From: an uncultured Candidatus Binatia bacterium | GTDB taxonomy: Bacteria > Desulfobacterota > Binatia > UBA9968 > JAJDTQ01 | Reading direction: 5' to 3' | NCBI GenBank assembly: GCA_965213675.1 | Contig: OZ243916.1 | Span: forward strand, 448,001 to 512,000 | Length of the DNA: 64,000 bases | Part shown: positions 1-9,807 of the stretch, one piece after another | Layout: each line of letters opens with the position of its first letter | Numbering within the stretch: the stretch's first letter is position 1 | Position numbers and translations under genes: made by a program | Notes under the pieces: generated by a model | Told to the model about the DNA's origin: nothing | The model's input: only the letters and a program-made list of their open reading frames with translations | The model's database searches: none

Positions 1-1
1 T

Positions 2-187
2 GATTCCGCCGCCCAGATGTTCGACTATGACGCCAAGGCCATGGAGTTCCGGCCCGGGGCCGACAAGACGCTGTGCCTGGTTGCGGGGGCGGCCAGCCGG
101 TCCGCCGGGCCGTACATGTCTCGAGCCCTCGAGCTCGCTTCGTGCGCGGCTACGGATCCGGCGCGCAAGCAGTGGCGCATCAAGTGA
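2..187 (+). CDS. partial CDS (3' end), possibly ricin-type beta-trefoil lectin-like domain
   Basis: Frame 2 is open from the window edge to TGA at 185-187 and reads ...DSAAQMFDY...KTLCLVAG...LELASCAATDPARKQWRIK*. The LCL / C...QW pattern resembles ricin B repeats. Confidence 0.45.
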   Translation, partial: DSAAQMFDYDAKAMEFRPGADKTLCLVAGAASRSAGPYMSRALELASCAATDPARKQWRIK

Positions 188-271
188 GAAGGGGTCCTGA
201 GTCCGGCCGCGTGTGAATTCACGGAACGCCCGCGGCCGCATGACCAGCCCTGCGCAACCCGCGGTGGGTGG

Positions 272-1321
272 ATGACAAGCCAATCCAGGACGGTGGGCCG
301 CGGCAGCCGCGACAATCCCCAAAATCGCTTCGAGCCCATCGCCTTCGTGCCGGACGATGCCCCCGAGGGGGCTGCGACCCGCTTCTTCAGGGACACGTCC
401 CGGTCCATCATCGCGTACAATGACAGCCCCGACGTGGGCTTCGACGCCAGCGTCAATCCATACCGCGGATGCGAGCACGGTTGCATCTACTGCTATGCCC
501 GGCCCACCCACGAGTATCTGGGCTTCTCCGCCGGCCTGGACTTCGAGTCGAGGATTCTGGTGAAGGAGGACGCGCCGGCCCTCTTGCGGAAAGAGTTGTC
601 CGCGTCCCGGTGGAAGCCTCAGGTGGTGGCCCTGTGCGGGGTGACCGATCCCTATCAGCCGGTGGAGCGGCGGCTGGAGTTGACACGCGGCTGCCTCAAG
701 GTGCTGGCCGAGTTCCGCAATCCGGCGGCCTTGGTCACCAAGAATCATCTGGTGACCCGGGACGTGGACGTGCTCGGAGAACTGGCGGCGCGCGACGCCG
801 CGGTGGTGTTCATTTCGGTGACGACGCTTGACCGGGACCTGTGCGGGCGCATGGAGCCGCGGGCCTCCCAGCCGCACCTCCGTTTGAACGCCATCCAGGC
901 CCTCAAGCAGGCAGGCATTCCGGTGGGCGTCATCGTGGCGCCGGTGATCCCGGCCCTCACCGACCACGAACTGCCGGCGATCCTCGCCGCGGTGGCGGAA
1001 GCCGGGGCCGCCTGCGCGGGCTACTCGCTGCTGCGCCTGCCCTTCGGCGTCAAGGATCTGTTCGCGAGTTGGTTGGAGGAGAACTATCCCGACCGCAAGG
1101 ACAAGGTGCTGAACCGCATCCGCGACATTCGCGGCGGCAAGCTCAACGACGCGGGTTTCAACACGCGCAACACAGGGCAGGGGATCTTCGCCGAGCAGGT
1201 GGAGGCGTTGTTCGCCGGCGCTTGCCGCAAGCTGGGCTTGTCGCGCCGGAGCTGGAACCTGTCCACGGCCTCGTTCCGGCGCCCCACCGCGCAACGGTCC
1301 CTCTTCGGCGACGACTTGTAG
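272..1321 (+). CDS. PA0069/Rv2578c-family radical SAM protein (SPL-like)
   Basis: SVNPYRGCEHGCIYCYARPTHEYLG contains the CxxxCxxC motif; TDPYQP and LVTK motifs also present. Confidence 0.93.
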   Translation: MTSQSRTVGRGSRDNPQNRFEPIAFVPDDAPEGAATRFFRDTSRSIIAYNDSPDVGFDASVNPYRGCEHGCIYCYARPTHEYLGFSAGLDFESRILVKEDAPALLRKELSASRWKPQVVALCGVTDPYQPVERRLELTRGCLKVLAEFRNPAALVTKNHLVTRDVDVLGELAARDAAVVFISVTTLDRDLCGRMEPRASQPHLRLNAIQALKQAGIPVGVIVAPVIPALTDHELPAILAAVAEAGAACAGYSLLRLPFGVKDLFASWLEENYPDRKDKVLNRIRDIRGGKLNDAGFNTRNTGQGIFAEQVEALFAGACRKLGLSRRSWNLSTASFRRPTAQRSLFGDDL

Positions 1322-1347
1322 CGGCCACCGGCGGCCGCCCCACAATG

Positions 1348-1403
1348 ATTTGACGAGATCGAGCGGCCGAAGGGACGGATGAGAGCGGATTTGCAGCCTT
1401 GAA
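1348..1403. repeat. dispersed repeat, right-arm copy of the palindromic element at about 39445-39558
   Basis: Ungapped 56-nt match to 39503-39558 with 7 mismatches by manual alignment. Confidence 0.8.
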
Positions 1404-1466
1404 GTCCTGCGGCGCAGGCTTCGAGGCAACCCGGCAACTCATCGCAGGAATCTACGGGACACGACG

Positions 1467-2231
1467 TCAGGGCATCAGTTCGCCACCGTTCACGCCCACG
1501 ATCTGACCGGTCATGTAGCTGCTGGCCGGGCTCAGCAGAAAGACCGCCAGGTCCGCCACTTCGCTCGGCTCGCCCAACCGTCCCATGGGCACCAGCCTGG
1601 AACGTTCCGACTTGCGTCGCTCCAGCGCGTCGCCCGCAAGGCCGCGGCGCCACATGGGGGTGTCGATGGGTCCCGGCGCCAGCGCGTTGATGCGGATGCC
1701 GTGCTCCGCCACCTCCCGCGCCACGGCCTTGGTGAGGGCGGCGATGCCCGCCTTGGCCGCGGAGTAGTGGGACGCCCATTCCTGCCCCTTGAGCCCGTGC
1801 ATGGAGGAGAGGCTGGCGATGACGCCGAACTTCGCTTCCATCATGAACGGCAGGGCCGCGCGGATGCAGTAGAAGGTACCGTTGAGATGCACGTCGATCA
1901 TGCGTGCCCAGTCTGCGTCGCTGATTTCGTGCGCGGGCTTCTGCTGGGAGATGCCGGCCACGTTCATGAGGTAGGCCAAACCGCCGAACTCGGCGTGGGC
2001 CCTGGCGATGGCGGCGTTGACCTGTTCCGAGCGGGTTACGTCCAGAGTCAAGGGCAGGGCGGTGCCACCCCCGGCGGTGATGCGCGTGGCGGTGTCCTCC
2101 GCCTTGGCGCCGTCCACGTCGGTGACGGCCACCCGGACCTTCTGTTCCCCCAGCTTGAGCGCGATGGCCTGCCCGATGCCGCTTCCGGCCCCCGTCACGA
2201 ATGCGCTGCCGCCGTCCATGTCCCAGTGCAT
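1467..2231 (-). CDS. short-chain dehydrogenase/reductase (FabG-like)
   Basis: TGAGSGIG, NVAG and YSAAK motifs; GGAGG upstream of the ATG at 2231. Confidence 0.92.
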   Translation of the reverse strand: MHWDMDGGSAFVTGAGSGIGQAIALKLGEQKVRVAVTDVDGAKAEDTATRITAGGGTALPLTLDVTRSEQVNAAIARAHAEFGGLAYLMNVAGISQQKPAHEISDADWARMIDVHLNGTFYCIRAALPFMMEAKFGVIASLSSMHGLKGQEWASHYSAAKAGIAALTKAVAREVAEHGIRINALAPGPIDTPMWRRGLAGDALERRKSERSRLVPMGRLGEPSEVADLAVFLLSPASSYMTGQIVGVNGGELMP

Positions 2232-2444
2232 GAGAAACACCTCCGAAGTCCAGTTTCGCAGCCGTGCGAAACCAGGAATCTGTAATCCAAGGGCGTCCGT
2301 CGATTTCCCTTCGCGATGTCGAAGGACTGTCCCACGGCGCAGGTTTCTAACACTCCGGCGTCGCGACGGTCAAACCTGCGCCCTGGCGGCCCTGATTCGC
2401 ACCTCGAGGGCCGATCTGGTACACCGGCCGCGGGAGGAAACCAC

Positions 2445-3398
2445 GTGGAATATCGTCAACTTGGAACTTCGGGTTTGCGGGTTTCGGCCATCGGACTGGG
2501 CACCAATCGGTTCGGTTCGCCGAAGCTGCCGCAGGAGCAGGTCCACGCCATCATGGACGCGGCGGCGGACTTGGGCGTCAACTTCATCGACACGTCCAAC
2601 AGTTACCAGGGCGGGCGCTCCGAAGAGACCCTGGGCGCGGCGATGAAGGGTCGCCGGGACCGCTTTGTGGTGGCCACCAAGTTCTTCTTTCCCACGGGCG
2701 ATGGAACCAACGACCGCGGCACCTCGCGCTACCATCTCATGAACGCTGTCGAGGGAAGCCTCCGGCGTCTTCAGACCGACCACATCGACGTCTATTACAT
2801 CCACCGCTGGGACGCTTCGACGCCCATCGAGGAGACCCAGCGGGCGCTGGACGATCTGATCCGTCAGGGAAAGGTGCGCTACATCGGCGCATCCGATTTC
2901 GCGTCGTGGCAACTGGCGCGGGCCAACGTCGTCGCCGAGTTCCGTGGCTGGACGGCCTTTGCCGTGCTCCAGTCGCACTACCACATGCTGGAACGCGAGG
3001 TGGAACGGGAGGTGCTCCCGTATTGCCGGGCCCACGGCGTGGGTTTCGTGCCGTATTTTCCGCTGGCTGGCGGGTTTTTGACGGGCAAGTACGTCAAGGG
3101 CGAGAAGCCGCCGCCCGGTTCCCGCGGGGAAACCCAAGCCTACGTGCAGCAGTACATGACCGACCGTCGCTACGATACCGTGGCGCGGTTGCAGCGTTGG
3201 GCGGAAGCTCGGGGACGGGGGATGCACGAACTGGCGCACTCCTGGCTTCTGGCGCAGCCGCGGATCTGCTCGGTGATATCCGGCGCTACCCGCCTGGAGC
3301 AGTTCCAGGCCAACGTGGCGGCCATGGAGTGGGCGTTGACGCCGGCGGAAGTCGCCGAGGTGAATGAGATGCTGGAGCCGGGACGCACGGTGACGTGA
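2445..3398 (+). CDS. aldo/keto reductase
   Basis: LGTSGLRVSAIGLGT, FIDTSNSY, VATK, SLRRLQTDHIDVYYIH; GTG start after GGAGG. Confidence 0.93.
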   Translation: MEYRQLGTSGLRVSAIGLGTNRFGSPKLPQEQVHAIMDAAADLGVNFIDTSNSYQGGRSEETLGAAMKGRRDRFVVATKFFFPTGDGTNDRGTSRYHLMNAVEGSLRRLQTDHIDVYYIHRWDASTPIEETQRALDDLIRQGKVRYIGASDFASWQLARANVVAEFRGWTAFAVLQSHYHMLEREVEREVLPYCRAHGVGFVPYFPLAGGFLTGKYVKGEKPPPGSRGETQAYVQQYMTDRRYDTVARLQRWAEARGRGMHELAHSWLLAQPRICSVISGATRLEQFQANVAAMEWALTPAEVAEVNEMLEPGRTVT

Positions 3399-3476
3399 GA
3401 AACCGCGCCGGGTGAAATCGCCCGGCCCCGCCACGGGCGGGATGGCGGCGGGTGTGGGCCGCCGCGGGGCGTGCCG

Positions 3477-3956
3477 TCAGTGCAGAACCCGCATGGAAGG
3501 CTTGAGCTCGATGACCGCCATGTCGGCCGTGTTCACCGACGCCGTTTCAGGCTTGCTTCGACGGGTGGTTTCGTTCAGCAACAGCACCACCATGCGCCAC
3601 AACTCCTGCTTTTCCACGGGCGCGTGCAGCAGCAGGTCGGCGCCCGCCGCAAGGGCCCGGCGATGCTCCGGTATCAGGGCGCCCGAGAGCATCAGGATGA
3701 CGGGGGTGTGCGGGTGCGCCGGCAGCTTTCGAATGGCCTTGCAGAGTTCGAAGCCGTTGAGCGGACCCTTGAGGAAAGCGTTCACCAGGAACAGATGAAC
3801 CTCGTGCGCCGCGGTCCTGGACAACGCCTCGCGGCCCTCGCTGGCTCCCAGGATTTCGATGGCGGGAGACAGCTCCTGCAAATACCTTGACAGGGTTGCC
3901 TGCTGGCTTGTGTAGCTGTCGGCAACGAGAATGCTGGGTCGTACTCTGCGTGGCAT
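3477..3956 (-). CDS. stand-alone atypical (pseudo) receiver-domain protein
   Basis: CheY-like pattern ILVAD...GREAL...LFLVN...NGFELCKAIR...PVIL...AGADLLLHAP. Confidence 0.75.
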   Translation of the reverse strand: MPRRVRPSILVADSYTSQQATLSRYLQELSPAIEILGASEGREALSRTAAHEVHLFLVNAFLKGPLNGFELCKAIRKLPAHPHTPVILMLSGALIPEHRRALAAGADLLLHAPVEKQELWRMVVLLLNETTRRSKPETASVNTADMAVIELKPSMRVLH

Positions 3957-4338
3957 GGTGCCCCCGTGACTACGCTGAACTCGGGCCCGCCGGCCTGAGT
4001 GATCTGTCGGTTCCGAGTGCCGCGGGACCTCATCCCGGGGACTCGCTCCAGAAACGCAATCCGCAGTCAATAGTGCGGAACAGCCTCTGTCAAGAGTTCA
4101 ACGGGCGAAAAATGCCCGCCCTCATGCAAAAGCCCGAAGAGGCTCGGTAGCGCCGCTGTGGCTGGGCCCATGACGTTTGCCGCATGGAGCTTGCGCCGCA
4201 GAGACAGCGACCCGCCGGTCGCTCCTGCCTTGGTCTATAACACCACTGGAGCCGTGCGCTTGAACGCGATCACTTGCGGCCGTCCATTCCGGCGGCGCAG
4301 GCTCCTGGCATTGCGGTTCGGTGGCGCAGACTCCCGGG

Positions 4339-5148
4339 TCAGGCGTGCTGGAGAAACTCTCGCATCGCCGCATGGGCCGCGTCCGGACTGGCGAAGAAAT
4401 AGCTGTGGCGTTCCCCGGAAAGCACCACAAGGCGGGCTCCGGGGATGCCTTTCTCGAGAGTCTCGGACGATGTCCGATGGGACAGGTCGCTGGTGACATT
4501 GCGGTCGTGTTCGCCGACGAGGATCAGGACAGGGCAGCGGATCTCGCCGAGGCGGTCGCTGGTATCATGTCCTTGCCGCGCCAGCAGGTGGCGGAAGTAG
4601 AACTCCACCGGTCCCATGTTGGCCATGCGCACGCGCAGGTAGTTCTCCACGCGGTCCGGGTGACGCTCCGCGAATTCCTCGGTGAATCCCACCAGGATGG
4701 AGTGGTCGCGGACATATTTCTCGTACCCCCATTCCACCATCTCCGTCGCGATCATGAGCGGGATGCCCTTGGTGTGGGGGTACGCGGCGCCGGTGGACGC
4801 CAGGACCAGCGCCTTGATCCGTTCGGGGTGGTCCAATGCCATGACCTGGGCCACGCGCCCGCCCATGGAATGGCCGCAGACGACGGCCTCGCCCACGCCG
4901 AGGTGGTCCAGCACGGCCATGGCGTCTTCCGCGAACGTCCGGGTGGTGAAGGGCATGGACGGCTTTCCGGACCGTCCCGTGCCGCGGTAGTCCATGGTGA
5001 TGACCTGATGGTCGCGAGAGAACTCCGGCACCTGATGGATCTTCCACACCTCGCCGTCGCAATGGGTCTCGCTCAGGAACAGCAAAGGCGCGCCTTCACC
5101 GTGGACCTCGTAGTAGAGTTCGGTGTCGTTGACGGGCAGCAAGGGCAT
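4339..5148 (-). CDS. alpha/beta fold hydrolase
   Basis: YYEVHGEGAPLLF, DYRGTGRS, GHSMGG nucleophile elbow, GEHD, C-terminal His. Confidence 0.92.
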   Translation of the reverse strand: MPLLPVNDTELYYEVHGEGAPLLFLSETHCDGEVWKIHQVPEFSRDHQVITMDYRGTGRSGKPSMPFTTRTFAEDAMAVLDHLGVGEAVVCGHSMGGRVAQVMALDHPERIKALVLASTGAAYPHTKGIPLMIATEMVEWGYEKYVRDHSILVGFTEEFAERHPDRVENYLRVRMANMGPVEFYFRHLLARQGHDTSDRLGEIRCPVLILVGEHDRNVTSDLSHRTSSETLEKGIPGARLVVLSGERHSYFFASPDAAHAAMREFLQHA

Positions 5149-5218
5149 GAAACCTCCAGCGGTTGCAGTTCAGTTGGAGCCGGACGCAAGCGGCGCCCAT
5201 ACCTCAGGGCCGATACGC

Positions 5219-6400
5219 TCAGTCCATGTAACCGGTCTTCAACGCCCACAGCCAGGCGTAGGTGATCTTCTCGTTGTAGAGCGCCCAGTGGCCCATGTGG
5301 GTGTACTTGGGCACCAGCCCCACGTGGACCCGGGCGCCGCCGGCCGCGTATTTGCCGGCCATGTACATCTCGCGCTTGTCGCCCAGGCTCTTGCCGCCGA
5401 GCCAGTGGCCGTGGTCGTTCTCACCCACCATGAGCAGCACCTTGAGGTTCGCCAGCCACCCGGCAGGGGGGTCCTGCAGGTGGTCGAAGTATTCCTCCCG
5501 CGGTAGCCCGGTGACGCGCACGTATTCCTCCAGCCGCTCCGGGAAGACGTTGTGCTGGTTGTCGCGCAGGCCGATCTTGATCTGTGGCCGGGTCTTCTCG
5601 GTGAGGCGAAAGAAGTCATCCATGCGGCCCCAGGGCGTCAGCTCCGGCAGGTCCTCGTAGTGGGACCGCCGGTACGCCTCCACCGTGCGCCGGGAGATTT
5701 GTGTCAGGCCGTAGGGCTTGGGTGACTCCATGCCCGTGTTCTCGCGCCATTCCCGGCGCCAGCCGTCGGGTCCGCCGCTGCCCCATCCGACGATGCCGAT
5801 GACGTCCGCCTCATGGGCGAAGCGGGTCAGGTGGGCGGCCATGGGGCCGCCGGTAGAGTGGCCGAAGGCGATGAGGCGGCGCCCGCGCAGGTGGCGGTCG
5901 GTGAGTTGTCCGGCGCCCTGGAGGATGACGTTGAAGGTGCATTTGAGCAGCCGGTCCTGAAGCTCCTCCTCGCCGATCTCCACGTCGAGGAGATAGACCG
6001 GGGTCCGCTCCGCAATGGGCTTGTCCCATGCGCCACCCGGCGGCCACAGGCCCGGGTAACTGAGGGTCAGCACGGTGAAGCCCTGGGCCGCCAGCCGCCG
6101 CGCCAGGCCGGGGCGGCCGTCCGGGGTGACGTCCATCACCGTCTCGTTGGCGCCGCCGCCGTGGAAGACGACAAAGGCGGGACGGTCGTCGCGCTCGGGC
6201 GCCGGGGTGTAGAGGGAGCCGTGCATGTCCCACTCGTAGCCGTTGCGCTGGTAACGCTCCACCACTCCGGTGACGGTGTAGGCGCCGTCCTCGTCCGGCG
6301 GCGGCATGCCGAGCCAGTCGTCCCAGCCGATGGGAACAAGGGTGTCGTCGGCCTCGAGGGCATGGGTGAAGGCCTGGGTTCCGGGCGGTGGTTCGGGCAT
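5219..6400 (-). CDS. alpha/beta hydrolase-like protein of unknown specificity
   Basis: VFHGGG, FGHSTGG, VGEND and HMGH motifs; AGGAG upstream of the ATG at 6400. Confidence 0.75.
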   Translation of the reverse strand: MPEPPPGTQAFTHALEADDTLVPIGWDDWLGMPPPDEDGAYTVTGVVERYQRNGYEWDMHGSLYTPAPERDDRPAFVVFHGGGANETVMDVTPDGRPGLARRLAAQGFTVLTLSYPGLWPPGGAWDKPIAERTPVYLLDVEIGEEELQDRLLKCTFNVILQGAGQLTDRHLRGRRLIAFGHSTGGPMAAHLTRFAHEADVIGIVGWGSGGPDGWRREWRENTGMESPKPYGLTQISRRTVEAYRRSHYEDLPELTPWGRMDDFFRLTEKTRPQIKIGLRDNQHNVFPERLEEYVRVTGLPREEYFDHLQDPPAGWLANLKVLLMVGENDHGHWLGGKSLGDKREMYMAGKYAAGGARVHVGLVPKYTHMGHWALYNEKITYAWLWALKTGYMD

Positions 6401-6507
6401 GTTATTCTCCTGATCCGGGTGTCCTGTGCGGCCGGACGGCCGCCAATCTTGTGGGCGTATAGCGGGAACCGCGGCGTAAGACAACGCGGCGATCCGGAGG
6501 GCGCATC

Positions 6508-7386
6508 TTGGAATTGGGTCTTTCCCTGTTTTCGACGGAGTTGTCGGGTCCCGTGGGCGCCATCGCCCGGGAGGCGGAGACGCTGGGCTTCGAGTCCCTG
6601 TGGTTTCCCGAGCACATGCTCATGCCGGTCCACTATGAATCGCGCTACAAGCGCACCGCGGACGGCAAGGTGCCCGAATCCTTCGGACATCTGCCGGATC
6701 CATTTATCGCCGCGGCCATGGCCGCCCAGGCCACGGAGCGGCTGCGCGTGGCCACCGGCATCTGCATCCTGCCCCAGCGGGACATCATCGCCACGGCCAA
6801 GGCGGCCGCCACCCTGGACCTCCACAGCGGCGGACGCTTCATCATGGGCGTGGGCGCGGGCTGGTTCCCGGAGGAGGCGGAGATCCTGGGGGTCCCGTTC
6901 AAGCGTCGCTGGAAGATGCTGCGCGAGGGCGTCGAGGCCCTGCGGGAACTGTGGACCGCGGAGGAGTCTGCCTTTGAGGGCGAATTCATCCGCTTTCCGC
7001 CGGTGCGGCTTTTCCCCAAGCCGGCGCAGAAGCCCCATCCGCCCATTCATCTCGGCGTCCACGATCCCAGGTACGCCCCCGCCCGGGTGGCGCGCTACGC
7101 CGATGGCTGGTGTCCCGGCGACTTGGCGCCCGACGAGGCTGGAGAGGCCGTGGAGCGGGTCCGGCGGACGGTGCGCGAACACGGGCGCGACCCCGGCGAG
7201 ATCGCCTTCTCGGTGGTGGTGACCCCGGGCGACGGGTTTCCCGGACCGGACGACATGCGCCGGTACCGGGACGCGGGAATGCGCCGGATCGTGCTGCGGG
7301 TGATGGGGGCGGTGACCGGCAGCGGCGTGGAGGCGGTGCGGCGGCTGGAACCCTACCTGGAGCAGGCCCGGCTCGTGGAGCCTTGA
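6508..7386 (+). CDS. LLM-class (probably F420-dependent) oxidoreductase
   Basis: GFESLWFPEH, DPF, ATLDLHSGGRFIMGVGAGW, PKPAQKPHPPI, ADGW. Confidence 0.9.
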   Translation: MELGLSLFSTELSGPVGAIAREAETLGFESLWFPEHMLMPVHYESRYKRTADGKVPESFGHLPDPFIAAAMAAQATERLRVATGICILPQRDIIATAKAAATLDLHSGGRFIMGVGAGWFPEEAEILGVPFKRRWKMLREGVEALRELWTAEESAFEGEFIRFPPVRLFPKPAQKPHPPIHLGVHDPRYAPARVARYADGWCPGDLAPDEAGEAVERVRRTVREHGRDPGEIAFSVVVTPGDGFPGPDDMRRYRDAGMRRIVLRVMGAVTGSGVEAVRRLEPYLEQARLVEP

Positions 7387-7513
7387 GAAGTTGCGGGCGT
7401 TGCCCGGCGCCACGCCTGTGGGCCTGTCCAGACAGGCCGCGGGCGCCAGGCACGGGTCCCTGGACAACCCATCCGGGCCTGTACATCCGCAGACCCCCGA
7501 CCGGACGGACCCC

Positions 7514-8323
7514 CTATCCGGACAGGCCGTGGACGGCAAGCACCACGCCGCCCAAGCACCAGCAATAGCCCGCAAACCACGTGAGCCTGCGCGCCAGCAG
7601 CAGTTTCAGCAAGGCGCCGATGCTGGCGTAGCCGGTGGCGAACGCCGCGGCAAAGGCGAGCACGTATCCCGGGACGTTGACATCCCGCGCGCCATCCATG
7701 CCGTGGGCGAGCCATTGGAGCGCGAAGGCTCCCAGGACGGCCGGGACCGAGAGCAGAAAGGAATAACGCAGGGCGAAGGCGCGCCCGAGTCCCGAGAAGA
7801 CGCCCGCGGCCACGGTGGCGCCGGAGCGGGAAATGCCGGGGACGATGGCCAGGCCCTGGACGAGGCCGATGAGGAGCGCTTGGCGCACACGCATGTGGCG
7901 GAGATCCGCTGGCCGCTCCCGCGCGCGGTCGGTGGCGCACAGCACGGCCCCGGTCACCAGGAGCATGCCCGCCGCGGTGGTGACACTGGAGAAGAGGGCT
8001 TCGAGGGCGTCCCGGAATAGCAGTCCCACCAGGGCGGTGGGCACGGTGCCGGCGGCGACAAGCCAGAGAAGCCGGAGGGCCGCGGGTTCGGCTCTGCGCG
8101 GCCGGATCGCGGCGCGGACCAGCGGCCCCACGTCCCGCCGGAACCAGGCCAGCACGGCGCCCAGGGTCGCGAGATGCACGGTGGCGTGGAACAGCACGCC
8201 GGGCTCGTCGAAGCCAGGCAGCCAGGACTGAAGGAGCACCAAGTGGCCGGAACTGCTCACCGGCAGGAACTCGGTCAGCCCCTGGAGGGTTCCGAGCACG
8301 ACCAGCGTCAAGGTAGGGGTCAC
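7514..8323 (-). CDS. uppP: undecaprenyl-diphosphate phosphatase
   Basis: QGLTEFLPVSSSGHL and PGISRSG signatures; GTG start at 8323 after GAGGA. Confidence 0.93.
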   Translation of the reverse strand: MTPTLTLVVLGTLQGLTEFLPVSSSGHLVLLQSWLPGFDEPGVLFHATVHLATLGAVLAWFRRDVGPLVRAAIRPRRAEPAALRLLWLVAAGTVPTALVGLLFRDALEALFSSVTTAAGMLLVTGAVLCATDRARERPADLRHMRVRQALLIGLVQGLAIVPGISRSGATVAAGVFSGLGRAFALRYSFLLSVPAVLGAFALQWLAHGMDGARDVNVPGYVLAFAAAFATGYASIGALLKLLLARRLTWFAGYCWCLGGVVLAVHGLSG

Positions 8324-8520
8324 GGTTCCTCGCAGGGCATGGGTTTCCTCGGCGGAATCGTCACTATTCCCCATGCGGGTCCGCCAAGCAAGATCGATGC
8401 GGACGGCGCCGCTTCAGCCGCCCCAGGGGGGCGCGCGCGATACCGCGGGGATGGAACGGCGCGTTTGACAAACCGCTCCCGGATCAAGTCCAATGGCGAC
8501 TTTTCGCGAACGGGCTTCAT
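8320..8520 (-). CDS. possible small hypothetical protein (66 aa)
   Basis: MKPVREKSPLDLIRERFVK...; its TGA overlaps the uppP GTG (GTGA). Confidence 0.3.
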   Translation of the reverse strand: MKPVREKSPLDLIRERFVKRAVPSPRYRARPPGAAEAAPSASILLGGPAWGIVTIPPRKPMPCEEP

Positions 8521-8663
8521 CCTGGTGTGCGGGCAGCGGCCCGGAACGGACACGGGTCTTGCCGGCAACGGCCCGGGCTGCCCGAGGCACGCGATCATGA
8601 ATCGGAAATGGACCGGTTCTGTGCCGGCGGAGGGAAGGCCCCGCGATCACGGAAGGAAGTGCC

Positions 8664-9743
8664 ATGACGGCGTTTGAAGGCAGGCTCAGCCTCCAGTTCG
8701 TCACCCATCTGGCGAACCACACCACGGTCAACCGCTTCGTGGAGCTGGCCGCGCTGGCATGCGAACGGGGTTTTCAGCGCATCTGGCTCAACGACAACGC
8801 GCGTTACCGCAGCCAGGTGGTGGTGCTTTCCGCCATCGCCGCGCGCGTGCCCATCGGCGTGGGCACGGCGGTGCTGGTGCCGTACTTTCACCATCCCATC
8901 GAGGTGGTGGATTCGCTGGCGTCCCTGTCCGAATTGAGCGACGGGCGCGAGGTGGGATTCGGACTGGCGCGCGGTTCCACCACCCAGACGCCACAGCACG
9001 TGATCATGCGCCGGCCCCTGGCGCTGGTGCGCGAGCTGGCCGTGTTCGTGTCGCGGGCGCTGGCAGGGGAGAGCGTGGCCTATGGGGATTTTCCGGTGCT
9101 GTGCGAGCATTTCCACTTCAATCCCGACGGCCGGTTCCAGTTGGCGTTCACGCCGAAGTCGCCGGTGACGCTCTATTCGGGCGGCAACGGGCCGCGGTCC
9201 TTGCGCATGGGCGGTCAGGTCATGGACGGCCTCATCAGCTCCGGCACCTTCATCCCCATGCTGCGGGCGGGCCGGCTCAAGGGAATGCTCGCGACGGCGG
9301 AAGCCGGCGCCCGCGAGGTCGATCCGCACAAGAGGCTGCGCAAGATGGTGGAGCTCAACGTGTCCGTGTCGCGGGACCGGGCCGCGGCCATGGAGTTTCC
9401 CAAGCGCCAGGTGGCCCACTCGATCCCGCAGTGGGAGTCCCTGGGGTTCACTCCGGACGAATATGCCCGCCTTGGTGTGGAACGGCGGACGGTGCTCGAA
9501 CTGAAAGACGCCTTCGCCCAAGGCGCCACCATCGAGGAAGCCGCGGCGCTCGTGACCGAGCCCATGGTGCTGGCGTACTACGTTGCCGGCACGCCGTCCG
9601 AGGCTGCGGAGCAGGTGGTGGAACTGGCCCGGCAGGCCCAGGACCTGGGCTACGACGAGATCGCCTTTGCCAAGCTGGGTCCCGACTACGAGGAAGCCAT
9701 CGAAGTGCTGGCGGAGAGCGTGATGCCGCGGCTCGGCGCGTAG
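8664..9743 (+). CDS. LLM-class flavin/F420-dependent oxidoreductase (paralog A)
   Basis: GFQRIWLND, IGVGTAVLVPY, GNGPRSL; Mer-like TIM-barrel pattern. Confidence 0.88.
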   Translation: MTAFEGRLSLQFVTHLANHTTVNRFVELAALACERGFQRIWLNDNARYRSQVVVLSAIAARVPIGVGTAVLVPYFHHPIEVVDSLASLSELSDGREVGFGLARGSTTQTPQHVIMRRPLALVRELAVFVSRALAGESVAYGDFPVLCEHFHFNPDGRFQLAFTPKSPVTLYSGGNGPRSLRMGGQVMDGLISSGTFIPMLRAGRLKGMLATAEAGAREVDPHKRLRKMVELNVSVSRDRAAAMEFPKRQVAHSIPQWESLGFTPDEYARLGVERRTVLELKDAFAQGATIEEAAALVTEPMVLAYYVAGTPSEAAEQVVELARQAQDLGYDEIAFAKLGPDYEEAIEVLAESVMPRLGA

Positions 9744-9807
9744 GCGGGCCAGGAGTTTGCGACGCGGAGGCAAGTCGGCCGGCCGCCGACAAGGAAAGGG
9801 AAACACC

